Source: Octopus sinensis (Eukaryota). From it: a stretch of DNA of 64,000 bases. Position numbers and translations under genes: made by a program. The DNA is taken from NCBI RefSeq assembly GCF_006345805.1, contig NC_042997.1, positions 122,512,001-122,576,000 on the forward strand. The letters are read 5' to 3'. Below are positions 61,503 to 64,000 of this stretch, in pieces; the stretch's first letter is position 1, and every line of letters starts with the position of its first letter. The notes under the pieces are model-generated. The model saw only the letters and a list, made by a program, of their open reading frames with translations, had not been told where the DNA came from and ran no database searches.

Positions 61503-64000
61503 ATTAAATTTGAAAAGGATTGACATAACGTCTCACAAAGATAAATAAACAATGCTAAGAGCGCGATGCGATTGCAATAAATATCTTATTTATTTGAAGA
61601 ATATTTCGACAGCTTGCCTGTCTTTGTCGAGTTCAAAATGAAAAGTGATAAATAGAAATTCAAAATTATAGAAATTCAAATTCAAAACTATGAATGAGGG
61701 CAATCTGCGCTTCCACATTGACAGAATAATATCATTCGTCTCCAATTTTTCAGTTTACAACTGGTGAAAAGAAAAAGAAAGAAAAGGAGAAACATATATA
61801 AGGAAAAAGAAGAATATTTAATGAAACAGTTTTGTGTAAACATGATGAAATTTCCCTTTCATTTTGCACATTTCTAGAGAGCGAGATGTTAATAACTCAC
61901 AAACATATTTATCTTCATTCATTGTGGTGAGGATTGAAAGTGTAGAAGATTGAAAATATGTTATGAGAATATGCACTTTCAAGTCTTTTTTAAAATTGCA
62001 GCCGTTTGCAAAAAAAATAAATAAATAGGTAGATAAATAAATAAAAAATCCATTGTATGTTTACAAATGATTCGTGTATGAAGAATTAAAATTCATAAAT
62101 TAGTTTAGAATTTTTGAAAGAATAATATAGTTTGAAATGATCAAATATGAACGCGCATTTTAAAATATTTATGTTTATATTTTACAATGACTTGTTTTAT
62201 CAAAATTTCTTGATGCGTTTAGGAACATTACGTTTGTCTTCATATGCATTGTAATATTTTTGCATCAACTCATTTACGTAATTATGTCATCCTGGACTCT
62301 CTCGGTGTATATATTTCAGTTTCATTTCAGGATATTTCAGTAATATGAGAAGCGCATATTATTTAATACGGCAATACCCTACAGAGATTTCGCTTCCTGA
62401 TTACGTCCAAGATCCGTAAATATAATAGAGAAAATGATAAACGAATGGTATTCCTCAGGGAATGAATAGAAATTTTAATGCAGAATGAAGATTAGCAGAA
62501 GAATTTTAGGAGAGGACTAGAAAGGGAAATACTTTAATTACAGTATTATTGAATTTCGATATTCCTCAACGTTTGAGAAAGTTGACATTTCGTTAATGCG
62601 AAGAAATCATTAATATGAAACAACTCATAATTCAGCACATATGAAATGATCTACACATTTTCCCCGTGGCTTAATAAATGTAATATCTGGAAAAACATAT
62701 TCAGATGTATTAATATTTTTGACTGAATTGCTATAATTAAAAAAAAAGTAGAATTAGTAGTAATTCATCCAGCTTTAATTATACCTGGTTAATCGTACAA
62801 CAATGGTCATCTAAATATTGTACTTTAGTCATTGAATTCGAGGTGATATTCAAGAAACACAAGCTATTCAGCTTTCATTTCAGTATTACCATCCATCGAA
62901 ACAAATGTACAGTTCTGCTGCTAGCAGATTTATAAACTCTAGTAAGCCCTAGTATTTTATAACACTAGGAATATCAATAAAGTCCAATGAATCTGTGGGA
63001 AGGGTTTTGCTTCTTAAAAACGTAGTATATTTGCGCTGGTATAGTATAGAGCATTTGCAAATTGGCTTAGTATCCAACGCATACATTGTATCCGTACAAT
63101 CGATGCTTAACTTTTAAAATAAGAGAACGTTAAGATCAAGTTATATTCTTAAATAAATTTAGCATTTGAAACACTGGATACTTAAATATTATATAATCAT
63201 CGTAGCAAATAATTGTATTTAATTCATGCCTGACATATAATCATGAGTAATTAAATGATGCTGGTCATATAATTAATAATATTTAATTCCTGTTCGTAAT
63301 ATAATTGCTAGTAGTTAATGTGTTCCCATCATATAATTGATAACAGCTAATTCACACCACTGTTGTAATGTAATACTGGCTAATTCCTTTCCACAATGTT
63401 GCCTTCTATGATGAAGGTCCATAGGTATTATTCTATTATTCATTGAGCCTAATCTAAAATATTGAAATTGTATTCACTTATTTAATGCTGAAAGAATGGA
63501 AGAATATGACGAAGAGTTAAGAAAAGAAATTCAACTAAGATTCAAATCAGGTATTATATTTCCTTTAGCCATGCATTTTCATCTCTAACATTTCATCTCA
63601 TAGATTTCATTTTATGAAAACTTCGTTGAACGATCTCGTAATATAACAACAATATATTGCATTTGTACAACTTCTGTTTACATAAATTAATGAAAAACAC
63701 CAGAATAAATCAATAAAATTAAATCCAGAATCATATCCGCTCTAGGGACATTACATCTGTTAAAAATAGTAGCCAAAAATCAAAATAGCTTTCAGATCTC
63801 ATCCTAACTTCTTGGAAAATGATAACAATTGTTTTCATTTCTTAGGCTTTATCAACAATTTAACAAACACGTGGTTGTTGTAAACCGAAAGAAAGCTCAA
63901 AGAGAGACTAGTTTATAGCAGTATAGAAAATCAAAGATGCTACTTAGTAAGAGAAAATGAGAGGTTATAGTTCAAACACGTTAGCTAATATACACCTAGA

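Overview
AT-rich, repeat-saturated animal DNA. The SINE families, LINE remnants and (TA)n/(CA)n load resemble what I recall of Octopus/coleoid cephalopod genomes; this is inference, no database search was run. I cannot confidently call any intact host protein-coding gene, so the window reads as intergenic or deep intronic. Most of the supplied ORF track is microsatellite or SINE noise. Supportable content: an internally deleted mariner; at least four tRNA-derived SINE families (some as TSD-flanked multimers); Tx1/L1-like, CR1-like and several R4/Dong-like (RLE) LINE fragments; a decayed hnRNP A1/A2-like two-RRM retrocopy (37.5-38.5 kb) missed by the ORF track; fold-back MITE-like hairpins; and a Penelope-like element (PLE) cluster at 44.7-53.0 kb. 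That cluster is the most interesting part. It holds a ~490-codon open RT+GIY-YIG frame, a second PLE with inverted pseudo-LTRs, several hammerhead ribozyme motifs (two arranged head-to-head in a 132-bp palindrome, giving one on each strand), and four fold-back structures next to (TA)n tracts. PLE-borne hammerheads are established; the recurrent fold-back architecture is the candidate novelty, and assembly artefact must be excluded. Coordinates of decayed repeats are approximate and identities were estimated by eye.
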